Origin: an uncultured Actinomycetes bacterium
Lineage (GTDB): Bacteria; Actinomycetota; Acidimicrobiia; Acidimicrobiales; RAAP-2
Direction: 5' to 3'
NCBI GenBank assembly: GCA_903825035.1
Contig: CAIJYV010000030.1
Span: 8,599-72,598 of the forward strand
DNA length: 64,000 nucleotides
A program made the translations under genes and the position numbers. Each line of letters opens with the position of its first letter. Within the stretch, counting starts at the first letter, position 1. Below, one piece after another: positions 9,444-18,542 of this stretch. The notes beneath the pieces were generated by a model. That model had not been told where the DNA came from. It searched no databases and saw nothing but the letters and a program-made list of their open reading frames with translations.

Positions 9444-10568
9444 TTAGCGCTTGACAATTTCGAGAATTGCGATCTCCGCGAGCCGGGCTCGTTGCAGCTT
9501 CCCGTTTGCCGTTTTAGGGAGTTCGGGGACCGCAAGGAGATATTTTGGTTTCGCCCACGGGCCAATCTTCGCTTCACACAGCGCAGAGAGCTCCTCAAGA
9601 TTTAGGGGCGCGGAGGACCGCACGACCGCCACGATGGCTTGTCCCCACTTCGAGTCGGGGACCGAAGTAACGCCAACCTCGTGAATGAACGGGTGAGCAC
9701 GTAAGACCTGTTCGAGTTGCTCGGGCCATACCTTTTCGCCACCGGTAGTGATCACCGAGCCAATGCGTCCAAACACCTTGACGACGCCCTGTTCGACCAT
9801 TCCGGCATCACCAGTGGGGAACCAGTCTTCGCGGCCGTCGGGGCCGAGGGAAGTTGGTCGGAGCGCGTCACGGTAACGAGTGAAGAGCGTCGGCGTGCGC
9901 ACTAGTAATTCACCCTCCCAGTGCGCCACTTCGACCCCAGGTAGCGGCACCCCGTCATAAACAATTCCCGAACCGGTTTCGGTCATGCCCCAAGTCGCGG
10001 TGACATTCGTACCAAGGGTCTTGGGTGGCTTGGCGCCACCCAGCAGAACGTGTCGATACTTCGAAAGGTCCAATTGAGCGGCTTGGGCCTGCACCACAGC
10101 GATATGGGTAGCTCCTTGTGATGGTGCTCGCGCTACGTCCAAAGTCCACCGCAGTTCGGCGAATCCAAACGCTGCCCGCAAGAGCACCGCGAGCCCGCCT
10201 ATGTGGTTGGGTGGCAGGATGGGTACCCAGATCGATGGCTCATCAATCGCCAGGGCGGTTGAGGTAATGCGCGCACTGACTTCGAGCGCCTCCCAGGAGA
10301 GTTCGGCTGCCTTGGGGGAACCGCTCGAGCCTGAGGTGAGCATGACCACACCGATTTGCTCATCAACCTCTCGACCGTTATCCACTCGTGCTTCACCCTC
10401 AGCACTCAGCACATGCGTAGCCCCTAATTGGGCTAGTTGGGTCTGCTTTAAAGAGGTATTGAGGCGCTGATCTAAAAGACAAAAGGCGGTTCGAGAGGCG
10501 ACCAGTTCACGCAAAGTGTCAAACAGTTGAGGTGAGAGGTCTATGTCAATCGCGAGGAGTTTGGACAC
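9444..10568 (-). CDS. menE: o-Succinylbenzoate-CoA ligase (AMP-binding family)
   Basis: 374 aa. AMP-binding motifs ([13 protein letters not shown], the trailing K in NGK). Assigned as menE from the short length and its position divergent from menB. Confidence 0.8.
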   Translation of the reverse strand: MSKLLAIDIDLSPQLFDTLRELVASRTAFCLLDQRLNTSLKQTQLAQLGATHVLSAEGEARVDNGREVDEQIGVVMLTSGSSGSPKAAELSWEALEVSARITSTALAIDEPSIWVPILPPNHIGGLAVLLRAAFGFAELRWTLDVARAPSQGATHIAVVQAQAAQLDLSKYRHVLLGGAKPPKTLGTNVTATWGMTETGSGIVYDGVPLPGVEVAHWEGELLVRTPTLFTRYRDALRPTSLGPDGREDWFPTGDAGMVEQGVVKVFGRIGSVITTGGEKVWPEQLEQVLRAHPFIHEVGVTSVPDSKWGQAIVAVVRSSAPLNLEELSALCEAKIGPWAKPKYLLAVPELPKTANGKLQRARLAEIAILEIVKR

Positions 10569-10600
10569 GCATCAAGGCTAGGCGCACTAGCGTGGTGCGC

Positions 10601-11494
10601 ATGGAAAAGACCGTCATTACCGGTGACCCGATTGACCCCGTCGAGCAGTTTCGCTCGGCGCCACTGCCGAAGCTTGATCGAGTCGGCGACTTCGAAGACA
10701 TCATTTTGGAGGTGGGGGAGGGAATCGCCCGAATTACCATCAATCGCCCCGAGGTTCGAAATGCCTTCCGTCCCCAGACAATCACCGAACTCTCTCACGC
10801 TTTCACCATTGCGAGAGATGACATTTCCGTTGGCGTCGTTGTTCTCACCGGCGCTGGTCCTGACGCCTTCTGCTCAGGCGGGGACCAAAAGATTCGGGGA
10901 GATGACGGATATATTGGCAATGATCAAGTTGCCCAACAGGGCGTTGGTCGCCTAAACGTTCTCGACTTGCAATTGCAAATTCGACGACTACCCAAGCCGG
11001 TTATTGCTCAGATTGCCGGATACGCCATTGGCGGCGGGCATATTTTGCATTTGGTGTGCGATCTCTCAATTGCGGCGGTCAATGCTCGCTTTGGTCAAAC
11101 TGGACCGAAGGTTGGATCCTTTGACGGCGGATACGGCTCATCTTTATTAGCCAACACCATTGGTCTAAAGCGGGCCAAAGAGGTCTGGTTCTTGTGCCGG
11201 CAATACGACGCGCAGCAGGCTCTCGAATGGGGACTCGTAAATACAGTGGTTGAACTCGAAGACCTCGAACGAGAAACGCTTGCTTGGTGTCGTCAAATCC
11301 TCACCCTCTCGCCGCTGGCCATGAGGATGTTGAAGGCCGGTTTCAACGCCGCTGAAGACGGTCTCGCGGGTGTTCAGCAACTCGCAGGAGATGCCACGAT
11401 GTTGTTCTACATGTCCGAAGAGGGTCAAGAGGGTCGCAACGCCTTCCAGCAACACCGCGCCCCAGATTTCAGTCGATTCCCAAAGAGACCGTGA
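10601..11494 (+). CDS. menB: 1,4-Dihydroxy-2-naphthoyl-CoA synthase
   Basis: Crotonase fold with MenB-type motifs ([29 protein letters not shown]). I chose the ATG at 10601, not the track start 10532 which overlaps menE. TAGCGT ends 7 nt upstream. Confidence 0.93.
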   Translation: MEKTVITGDPIDPVEQFRSAPLPKLDRVGDFEDIILEVGEGIARITINRPEVRNAFRPQTITELSHAFTIARDDISVGVVVLTGAGPDAFCSGGDQKIRGDDGYIGNDQVAQQGVGRLNVLDLQLQIRRLPKPVIAQIAGYAIGGGHILHLVCDLSIAAVNARFGQTGPKVGSFDGGYGSSLLANTIGLKRAKEVWFLCRQYDAQQALEWGLVNTVVELEDLERETLAWCRQILTLSPLAMRMLKAGFNAAEDGLAGVQQLAGDATMLFYMSEEGQEGRNAFQQHRAPDFSRFPKRP

Positions 11495-12387
11495 ATACAC
11501 CCGCAACGCCACTCAAGCGATGGGTAGCTGCGGCACGGCCCCGTACACTGCCCGCCGCCGCTGTTCCGGTTGCGATCGGGGTATCGGCTATCCGACCACA
11601 CGAAATCAATTGGCTAAACGTCCTACTGTGCCTAGTAGTAGCGCTGGCCTTGCAGATTGGCACCAACTACGCGAATGACTATTCCGACGGCGTGCGCGGC
11701 ACCGACGAGGTTCGCGTTGGCCCCTTTCGCCTGACCGCCTCAAAGTTGGTCCCCGCTTCAGCGGTGCGAAACGCCGCGTTCGCAAGTTTCGCGCTGGCAG
11801 GGGCAGTGGGACTTTTGCTCGCGTCGCGAACTTCGTGGTGGATGGTTGTAGTCGGCCTCAGTGCGGTAGCGGCGGGTTGGTTCTACACCGGTGGACCGAA
11901 GCCCTACGGTTATTACGGTTTCGGGGAACTCTTTGTTCTGATTTACTTCGGTTTTGTTGCGGTGGTCGGAACGATGTTTGCGCAATCACAAAGTTCCTCG
12001 GGAACCTTTGCGCTGCCGCACGCGGCTTGGCCACTGGGATATGCCGTGGGTATGTTGGCGTGCGTGTTGCTCGAAGCCAACAATCTTCGTGACATCGACG
12101 GTGACCGTAGTTCAGGGAAAAAGACAATGGCCGCGCGGCTCGGTCGCAAAAATGCGGGTTGGCTCTACTGGTTCTGCATCTCGCAAGCGGTACTGGGTTT
12201 TCTCATAACCCGCCACCTGCTCATCGCTGGAGTGGTGGTCATTGCGTATGCACCAGGACTTCGTATGGCCATTAGTGACGCTACGGGTCGAGATCTCTTG
12301 CCACTCTTAAAGTCTTCAGCTAAGGCGCAACTACTAGTTGGCGCCATTGCGACACTCGTACTGTCCATGCACGTCGGAATTCTCTAA
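11491..12387 (+). CDS. menA: 1,4-Dihydroxy-2-naphthoate polyprenyltransferase
   Basis: 298 aa polytopic UbiA-family protein ([21 protein letters not shown]). ATGA-type overlap with menB. Confidence 0.9.
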   Translation: MNTPATPLKRWVAAARPRTLPAAAVPVAIGVSAIRPHEINWLNVLLCLVVALALQIGTNYANDYSDGVRGTDEVRVGPFRLTASKLVPASAVRNAAFASFALAGAVGLLLASRTSWWMVVVGLSAVAAGWFYTGGPKPYGYYGFGELFVLIYFGFVAVVGTMFAQSQSSSGTFALPHAAWPLGYAVGMLACVLLEANNLRDIDGDRSSGKKTMAARLGRKNAGWLYWFCISQAVLGFLITRHLLIAGVVVIAYAPGLRMAISDATGRDLLPLLKSSAKAQLLVGAIATLVLSMHVGIL

Positions 12388-13115
12388 AAGCGAATTAAAG
12401 TCGCAGCCACGTCAGGCTTCTCCAAGTGCGCGGGGTGCAGAGCGTTTTCGATAAGCCAGCAGGTTCCCTCGGGAACCGATTCTGCGATGGCGGCCGCCTC
12501 GGCGGCGAATTTGGTATCAAGTGTTCCAGCCAAGGCCGTGAACGGAACAGCAATCCGAGAGAGTTCCTCGCCTAACCACTCTTGGGTTCCAGTTCCAAGA
12601 GATTCGAGTGCGCGAGCCAAGCCTTCAGCACTGTGGCTGCGCGACTCACGTGATTCGGCCGGCAGCTGGGCAAACATTTCTTGTTCACGCCATTCGGCCA
12701 GAAAAGTGTCAACACCAATTGTTCGGATTCGAGCCGCCAGTTGTTCATCACGCTCTCTACGGGCTCTACGCTCAGCAAGATCGTGAATTCCTCTGGTTGT
12801 TCCAATCGTCGCAACGCCCCTGACTCGCTCGGGGAACTGAAGAGCGAAGTGCAACGCGACCCTCGACCCCATTGAGTACCCCGCGATAACGAGCGGTTCT
12901 CGTGGCAATACGTGGGCGAGAAGTTCTGCGGTTTCTACGAGATTCGCCGACACGTCGGCGTTTTCGCCGTGACCGGGAAGGTCAACGGTCAGAACTTCGA
13001 ATCTCTCTGTAAGAATGGAGCGGAACTCTGGTGCAGCGTGCTTGGTTTGGGTAAATCCGTGAAGCCAAACCAGTTGCGGACCAGTTCCATTTGATTCAAG
13101 ACCGAGGAGCGTCAT
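12384..13115 (-). CDS. menH: Alpha/beta hydrolase, probable SHCHC synthase
   Basis: 243 aa. Has LVWLHGF and the nucleophile elbow GYSMGS. The menH assignment rests on context between menA and menD. Confidence 0.65.
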   Translation of the reverse strand: MTLLGLESNGTGPQLVWLHGFTQTKHAAPEFRSILTERFEVLTVDLPGHGENADVSANLVETAELLAHVLPREPLVIAGYSMGSRVALHFALQFPERVRGVATIGTTRGIHDLAERRARRERDEQLAARIRTIGVDTFLAEWREQEMFAQLPAESRESRSHSAEGLARALESLGTGTQEWLGEELSRIAVPFTALAGTLDTKFAAEAAAIAESVPEGTCWLIENALHPAHLEKPDVAATLIRF

Positions 13116-14743
13116 TGACTACGAGCGTACCGACTCCGAGCGAGGTGCAAGCCACTTTCGCCGCAACGCTCTTTGACGAGTGGTCTCGTTGGGGGCTGAG
13201 CGAAGTGGTGGTGTGCCCTGGATCTCGCTCAACTCCGCTCGCGCTGGCCGCTGCTCGCAACCGAACCCTTTCGCTCCACGTGCGAATCGATGAACGATCG
13301 GCGGGTTTTTTTGCGATTGGCCGAGCACTCGCCACCGGCGCGCCGGTCGCGATAATTGTCACGAGCGGCACCGCCGCCGCTGAACTCCACGCCTGCGTGG
13401 CTGAAGCTGATTTGGCCAGAGTCCCCCTCATAGTTCTCACCGCAGACCGCCCACCGGAACTTCAAGGAGTGGGCGCTCCACAGACCATCAACCAGCGCCA
13501 CCTGTTTGGGACGATGGTTCGTGATTTCGTAGACGCGGGAGTACCGGATTGGGAGAAGAGCGACCAGTGGCGTCAGTTAGCGCAGCGACTTTGGCTTCGC
13601 ACGGAAACGGGACCGGTGCATCTCAACACGCCATTTCGCGAGCCCCTGGTCGCGCTCACCAGTGAACTTCCGCCACCCTGCGAAGCGTTGCCCGAAGAGG
13701 TAGAGCACGAGCACGGCCCTCTCGGCGTGAGCGGCCAACGAGTTCTCTGCGTCGTTGGTGCGGGAGTCTCAAAAGAGATCGTGGCAATCTGTCTCGCGCG
13801 ACATTGGGTTGTTGCCAGCGACGCCACAGCGCAGGGGAGCGTGGCCCACGTGGACCCACTCTTGCGCTCGGATCATTTCGCCGCTGTCATGAAACCTGAC
13901 GTGGTAATTCGCATCGGTGGAATTCCTGCCTCGAAGTTTCTGGCCGCTCGACTCAGCGAGTGGAGGGTTCGAACTATTGGTCTCGAATTCAACGGCTCAA
14001 TTGCCGATCCCGACCAAGTGATCAGTGAAACCCAAACGGGCCTGCCCGACGACCCCTTTGCTGAAGTGGGAGATCGAGAGTATTTCGAACAGTGGCTAGC
14101 GGCCAGTGAGAAAATCGAGTCTGTGTTGTCACAACGTCAAGCCTGGGATGAAGTTGAGTTGGCCAGAACAGTAACGACCTTTGCGAATGAGCACCACGTG
14201 TCCTTGGTCGTCGGATCTTCGATGCCGGTGCGTGATGTTGAGTGGTGGGCCTCCACACGGACTACTCAAACTTTCTCTAATCGTGGGGCCAATGGCATAG
14301 ATGGAGTTGTCTCAACGATCCTTGGGGTAGCGAGTCAAAATCGAGCTATCGGGTTCATTGGTGACGTGACTTTTCTGCACGATGTGTCAGGACTCGTTGA
14401 TGGGCTCGGTGAGTTGGGTGGAAGTTGCGCCCTCGTCGTATCAGACAATGGCGGCGGTGGCATTTTTTCATTCTTGAGTCAAGCCACGGTGCTCGAAGGC
14501 GACGAGTTTGAAAAGCTCTTCGGTACTCCGCGGCAACATGATCTAGTTCAGGTGGCTCAAGCCTTTGGTCACCACGCCTGCGAAGTCGAGTCGAAGATGG
14601 AACTGACAAGCGCCTTGGCGCGGGCGATGGCGCAGCCTGGTTTGAGCGTTATTGTGGCCACCATGCCATCGAGGAGCGAGAACGTGACTGCTCACGAAGC
14701 GTTAAATTCCGAAGTCATTGAAGTAGCGCAGGCGCTGGCGTGA
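13115..14743 (+). CDS. menD: SEPHCHC synthase (2-succinyl-5-enolpyruvyl-6-hydroxy-3-cyclohexene-1-carboxylate synthase), ThDP-dependent
   Basis: ThDP enzyme with MenD-type N-terminus (FAATLFDEWSRWGLSEVVVCPGSRSTPLA) and a GDxxFLHD ThDP motif. The track start is 13091. I prefer the TTG at 13115, which lies 5 nt after GAGGAG (13104-13109). Confidence 0.9.
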   Translation: MTTSVPTPSEVQATFAATLFDEWSRWGLSEVVVCPGSRSTPLALAAARNRTLSLHVRIDERSAGFFAIGRALATGAPVAIIVTSGTAAAELHACVAEADLARVPLIVLTADRPPELQGVGAPQTINQRHLFGTMVRDFVDAGVPDWEKSDQWRQLAQRLWLRTETGPVHLNTPFREPLVALTSELPPPCEALPEEVEHEHGPLGVSGQRVLCVVGAGVSKEIVAICLARHWVVASDATAQGSVAHVDPLLRSDHFAAVMKPDVVIRIGGIPASKFLAARLSEWRVRTIGLEFNGSIADPDQVISETQTGLPDDPFAEVGDREYFEQWLAASEKIESVLSQRQAWDEVELARTVTTFANEHHVSLVVGSSMPVRDVEWWASTRTTQTFSNRGANGIDGVVSTILGVASQNRAIGFIGDVTFLHDVSGLVDGLGELGGSCALVVSDNGGGGIFSFLSQATVLEGDEFEKLFGTPRQHDLVQVAQAFGHHACEVESKMELTSALARAMAQPGLSVIVATMPSRSENVTAHEALNSEVIEVAQALA

Positions 14744-15486
14744 TCGCCATTGTGCTCCCGAGTTCGCTTTGGGCGGCAGTTCCGATTGCCCTCGCGGCGG
14801 GGTTTGTTTCCTTCCTCTCACCCTGCGTTCTTCCTTTGCTGCCCGGCTACATCGCATTCCTCGGAGGGGCAACGAACGGGCTCGACTCGAAGCGGGGCCG
14901 AGGTAGAGCAATAGTTGGCGCGTTTGCTTTTGTATTCGGTTTCGCCGTTGTTTTCATAAGTTTCGGCGCGGCCTTCGGAAGTTTTGGTGCGACACTCAAG
15001 ACTCATCAGCGGACCCTCGAAGTAGCCTTCGGGGTCGTAACGGTAATTTTGGGTTTCTTCTTCGCTGGATGGTGGCCGTCAAAGTGGTTAGCCCGAGATG
15101 CGCGTTCACACCGTCTGCCAAGAGCATCGGTAGTCGGTGCTTTCGCATTGGGCTTCCTCTTCGCTCTCGGCTGGACTCCTTGTATCGGGCCAACGTTGGC
15201 GGCCATTCTGGGTTTGGCCGCTTCTTCAAGTGGCACCACTGCCTGGCGAGGTTCATTCCTCGCTTTTGTTTATTGCATTGGCTTGGGCCTGCCCTTCGTC
15301 GTTGCCGCACTCGCAACTGAGTGGATGGCACACGCTTCGGCGTGGTTGCGGCGGCGACAAAAGATGATTGGGCGCATTGGGGGAGTCTTGTTGATCCTCA
15401 TTGGTCTCTGCGAAGTAACCGGATGGTGGCAGTCCTTCGTGCTCTGGCTTCAGACGACCTTTCCTAGTTCCACTTCGTTTCTCTAG
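14740..15486 (+). CDS. ccdA: Cytochrome c biogenesis thiol-disulfide transporter CcdA (DsbD family)
   Basis: 248 aa polytopic protein with LSPCVLPLLPGY and GWTPCIGP motifs. GTGA overlap with menD. Confidence 0.85.
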   Translation: MIAIVLPSSLWAAVPIALAAGFVSFLSPCVLPLLPGYIAFLGGATNGLDSKRGRGRAIVGAFAFVFGFAVVFISFGAAFGSFGATLKTHQRTLEVAFGVVTVILGFFFAGWWPSKWLARDARSHRLPRASVVGAFALGFLFALGWTPCIGPTLAAILGLAASSSGTTAWRGSFLAFVYCIGLGLPFVVAALATEWMAHASAWLRRRQKMIGRIGGVLLILIGLCEVTGWWQSFVLWLQTTFPSSTSFL

Positions 15487-15492
15487 AGTCAT

Positions 15493-15508
15493 CTCCTAGA
15501 CTGAGGAG
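15493..15508 (+). promoter_or_regulatory. 16-nt palindromic element CTCCTAGACTGAGGAG abutting the tyrS start codon (contains a TAGACT -10-like box and an AGGAG)
   Basis: Read directly from the sequence. It is identical at 15 of 16 positions to 19191-19206 upstream of aroC. Confidence 0.5.
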
Positions 15509-16789
15509 ATGAAACTACGTGATGACTGGGAATTTCGCGGTCTAGTTCACCAGGTAACTGATGACGAGATCCTCAACCGGCTAACCGCTGGCGGCGTCAC
15601 GGGCTATATCGGTTTCGACCCCACCGCAGCGTCACTCCACCTTGGTTCGTTGCTACAAATCTGCTTGCTGCGCCGCATCCAAGAGGCTGGTAATCAGCCA
15701 ATCGCTTTGGCGGGTGGCGGTACGGGTTTGATTGGTGACCCCAGTTTCAAAGCGACTGAGCGTCCGCTACTCACCCATGATCAACTCCAGCACAACATTG
15801 AGGGAATCAAAGAGCAACTCGCCCGATTCTTGGACTTTTCTCCGGGCCCGAGCCAGGCGCTGTTGTTGAATAACGCTGACTGGCTCACGACAACTCCACT
15901 GACGGACTTCCTCAGAGATGTTGGTAAGCACTTCACGGTCAATCAGATGATCGCCAAGGATTCGGTCAAGTCGCGTTTGGATCGAGATGACGTTGGGCTT
16001 AGCTTCACCGAGTTTTCCTACATGCTCTTGCAGGCCTATGACTTCTTGCGTCTAAACCTCGACCACAATTGCACCCTGCAAATGGGCGGCTCGGATCAGT
16101 GGGGAAACATCACAATGGGTACGGAGCTCATCCGTAAGACAACGGGTAAATCAGCCTCGGGTGTTACCTCCCCCTTGCTGCTGCGCGCCGACGGCCAAAA
16201 GTTCGGTAAGTCCGAAGGTGGAAATGAACGAGTGTGGCTCGATGCGTCATTAACTTCACCATTCCAAATGCATCAGTTCTTACTTAACGCCGATGACCAG
16301 ACGGTTCCGTCACTGCTTCGATTCTTCACCTTTTTGGACCACGACACCATTCGCGGCTTGGATGCGGCGACGACGGCTAAGCCCCAGGAGCGCGCTGCCC
16401 AGCGCGCTCTGGCCAACGCCGTTGTGGCCCTCGTGCACGGCGAACAAGCTGCTCTCAACGCCGAGCGCGCGGGAGCGGCTCTGTTCGGCGAAGAGATCAG
16501 CGGTCTAGACGAAAAGACCCTCTTAGAAGTTGTGGCCGACGCCCCCTCTTCGGTCTGGAGCCGCGGCGAGATTGAAGCGGGAGTGCCAATCGCGGACCTC
16601 TTAGTTCGCAGTGAGCTCGCCAGCTCTAAGGGAGAGGCACGGCGATTCCTCGAGCAAGGTGGCGTGTACGTCAACAATCAGCGAGTTGATGACGGTGCCA
16701 CCGTGGGCGTTGAGTCGCTGTTGCATAACCGGTACCTGGTAGTTCGTCGTGGTCGCAAATCCTTGCACCTGGTGACGGTTGGCTCGTGA
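15509..16789 (+). CDS. tyrS: Tyrosyl-tRNA synthetase
   Basis: 426 aa. HIGH-type motif (ASLHLGS), KMSKS-type motif (KFGKSEG), and a C-terminal S4-like domain. Confidence 0.95.
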   Translation: MKLRDDWEFRGLVHQVTDDEILNRLTAGGVTGYIGFDPTAASLHLGSLLQICLLRRIQEAGNQPIALAGGGTGLIGDPSFKATERPLLTHDQLQHNIEGIKEQLARFLDFSPGPSQALLLNNADWLTTTPLTDFLRDVGKHFTVNQMIAKDSVKSRLDRDDVGLSFTEFSYMLLQAYDFLRLNLDHNCTLQMGGSDQWGNITMGTELIRKTTGKSASGVTSPLLLRADGQKFGKSEGGNERVWLDASLTSPFQMHQFLLNADDQTVPSLLRFFTFLDHDTIRGLDAATTAKPQERAAQRALANAVVALVHGEQAALNAERAGAALFGEEISGLDEKTLLEVVADAPSSVWSRGEIEAGVPIADLLVRSELASSKGEARRFLEQGGVYVNNQRVDDGATVGVESLLHNRYLVVRRGRKSLHLVTVGS

Positions 16790-17214
16790 AGCGAGTAGCG
16801 GTTTTGCTCTGCGCGGGACTGCTGTTAGCGGGGTGTGGAACTATAAAAGCTTCGGTGGCGATGGCCAACTGGGTGCTGCAATCAAACTTCAAGTCAGCGG
16901 TTGGAACCTTTGCTTCCGACAGCGCCATCGCGGCCAACAATCTGCGTAATCCTAAAGCTACAAAAGCAGACCTACACACGGTCTGTGCAGTTCTGTACCT
17001 CGACGCTCAGCAGGCTAATTCCTCGCTGCCAACTCCCGACGACCAAGCGACGCAGTTGTTGGGCAAGGCCTATAACTATTTCTCCGCTGCGGCGAATTCT
17101 TGTTACGACGCGCAGAGTTTGAGCGCTCGACCCGCGGTACTAGCGACCTTGGCTAAAGCCGCTGCCACATTGTCTGAAGCCACTGCTCGAGTAGCGGTGG
17201 CGAGTGCGCCCTAG
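16786..17214 (+). CDS. Putative lipoprotein, function unknown
   Basis: 142 aa. Signal peptide with lipobox (LLLAGCG). GTGA overlap with tyrS. Confidence 0.6.
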   Translation: MKRVAVLLCAGLLLAGCGTIKASVAMANWVLQSNFKSAVGTFASDSAIAANNLRNPKATKADLHTVCAVLYLDAQQANSSLPTPDDQATQLLGKAYNYFSAAANSCYDAQSLSARPAVLATLAKAAATLSEATARVAVASAP

Positions 17215-17429
17215 TTTTGGGGTCTGAGGTCGATCTCTAAGCGCAGGATTCCATCGGCCAAGGTCGCTGACGCGTCGCCCAACATCGCGAAGTCCTGAAA
17301 GTCGAGATTGGCCGCCTCGATGAAGCGAAGCCGCTCAGGACCCTCGATTGGAGGCAATCCACGCCGTTTCACCGCATCGGCACGCTCTTGGAATCGTTTA
17401 ATCATTGCTTGGGGGTCGAAAGAACTCAT
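17211..17429 (-). CDS. Small hypothetical protein (72 aa)
   Basis: ORF with TAGTGT ending 6 nt before its ATG. No family recognised. Confidence 0.45.
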   Translation of the reverse strand: MSSFDPQAMIKRFQERADAVKRRGLPPIEGPERLRFIEAANLDFQDFAMLGDASATLADGILRLEIDLRPQN

Positions 17430-17537
17430 ACGTTGACACTATTGGTTCGAATTGACTGGCGAGAGGGTAGAATGTACATCCGACTCGCCAAGGGTCGAGG
17501 TTCCCAGAGGTTTTTGGGGGCTAGTGAGGAGTTTTTC

Positions 17538-17750
17538 GTGAAAAAGGGTCGCCACCGTCGATTTGTCGAAGCCCGTGAACTAAAGCGCAATACCGGTCCA
17601 CGTGCCCATACTTGTGACGAGTGCGGGGCCGCTCCAGAAGACATCCACGCTGAGTGGTGCATGGCGGATGAAGATGCCTTCGAGGAGATCTTGGGTTCGC
17701 TGCCTCGAATCAGTTCGGGCGAAGAGGACCCTCTCGCCGCTGAAGGCTAA
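17538..17750 (+). CDS. Small hypothetical protein (70 aa) with a basic N-terminus and a CxxC...HxxxC motif
   Basis: This is part of track ORF 17388..17750. I chose the GTG at 17538 because GAGGAG lies 7 nt upstream. The product begins VKKGRHRRFVEARELKR and contains HTCDECG...HAEWC, a possible zinc knuckle. Confidence 0.4.
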   Translation: MKKGRHRRFVEARELKRNTGPRAHTCDECGAAPEDIHAEWCMADEDAFEEILGSLPRISSGEEDPLAAEG

Positions 17751-18487
17751 GCCTTCGAGCGAACCGCTGGGTGGGGAAGTCGAACGCCTTTGGGCTGCGT
17801 CGCTCGATTGTCTAAGTAGTTGAGCAGCATGTCGTAGGTCGGTTGGCCAATCATTGCCACCAACTCATCTTTCATGGAATCGACCACTCGAGTGCGTCCC
17901 ACGAATGCATCGGGTGACTCGGTGCACCACCAGTGAAACTCTTCGCCGCCACCGCCCCAGTCACGACGATCCCATTGGCGAATACTCGTAACGACGTAGC
18001 CGTCGTCACGGTTCTCGTCATCGCGCCGTAGTGGCAGCTGCCAGCAAACTTCTGGCTTAAGGGGAATAAAGCTTTCGCCCGCATCCATGGCGAGTACGTG
18101 AAGTGCACAACCAGGACCGCGCTTAAAACCCGGACGGTTCAAGAAGATGCACGCATCGTCAACGAGACGAGTGGTGATGTCGCCATTTTTCTTCGTGCGA
18201 GTTGTGCCCTTGGCGCCTTTGTCTTTGAATTGCCACTGGTCTGCGGTGAGTCGCTTGGCGGCCTTTTCGACGCGACGCTGATCTTTCTCATCAACGAAGT
18301 GCGCTCCGTAACTACAACAGCCCTGGACGAGGTCGGTGGCATCTTCAGTCAAGACGCCCTGGCAACCATCTCCAAAGATGCAAGTCCAGTTACTCTCCAA
18401 GAAGCTGACGTCAAAGCGCCATTCTCTTTTGCGCTTGGGATCTTCAAAGGTAACCCACTCGTGGGCGTCAACGGGAATATTTGTCAC
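17747..18487 (-). CDS. Conserved-looking Cys-rich protein of unknown function
   Basis: 246 aa. Cysteine clusters: WTCIFGDGCQG, QGCCSYGAHF, ACIF...GPGCALH, WWC. Divergent from the nfuA-like gene. GTG start 6 nt after TAAGTT. Confidence 0.65.
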   Translation of the reverse strand: MTNIPVDAHEWVTFEDPKRKREWRFDVSFLESNWTCIFGDGCQGVLTEDATDLVQGCCSYGAHFVDEKDQRRVEKAAKRLTADQWQFKDKGAKGTTRTKKNGDITTRLVDDACIFLNRPGFKRGPGCALHVLAMDAGESFIPLKPEVCWQLPLRRDDENRDDGYVVTSIRQWDRRDWGGGGEEFHWWCTESPDAFVGRTRVVDSMKDELVAMIGQPTYDMLLNYLDNRATQPKGVRLPHPAVRSKA

Positions 18488-18542
18488 GCAGAAAACTTAG
18501 TAGGCGCAACGAACCCTCGGGGAAACCTTTACACTCGATGCT

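Noticed and set aside
10532-10600. N-terminal extensions offered by the ORF track for menB (10532), efp (22392), the cupredoxin-like gene (26297), pyrD (37637), pyrF (38559), gmk (39637), rpoZ (40229), argC (55386), argB (56357) and argR (58104).
   Set aside because: The extensions add non-conserved residues and overlap upstream genes. The internal starts have an SD, a leaderless -10 context, or a stop/start overlap, and they match conserved family N-termini.
17441-17456. GGTTCGAATTG resembles a tRNA T-loop.
   Set aside because: The flanking bases do not form a T-stem, and no acceptor or anticodon arms can be drawn. It lies in a divergent promoter region.
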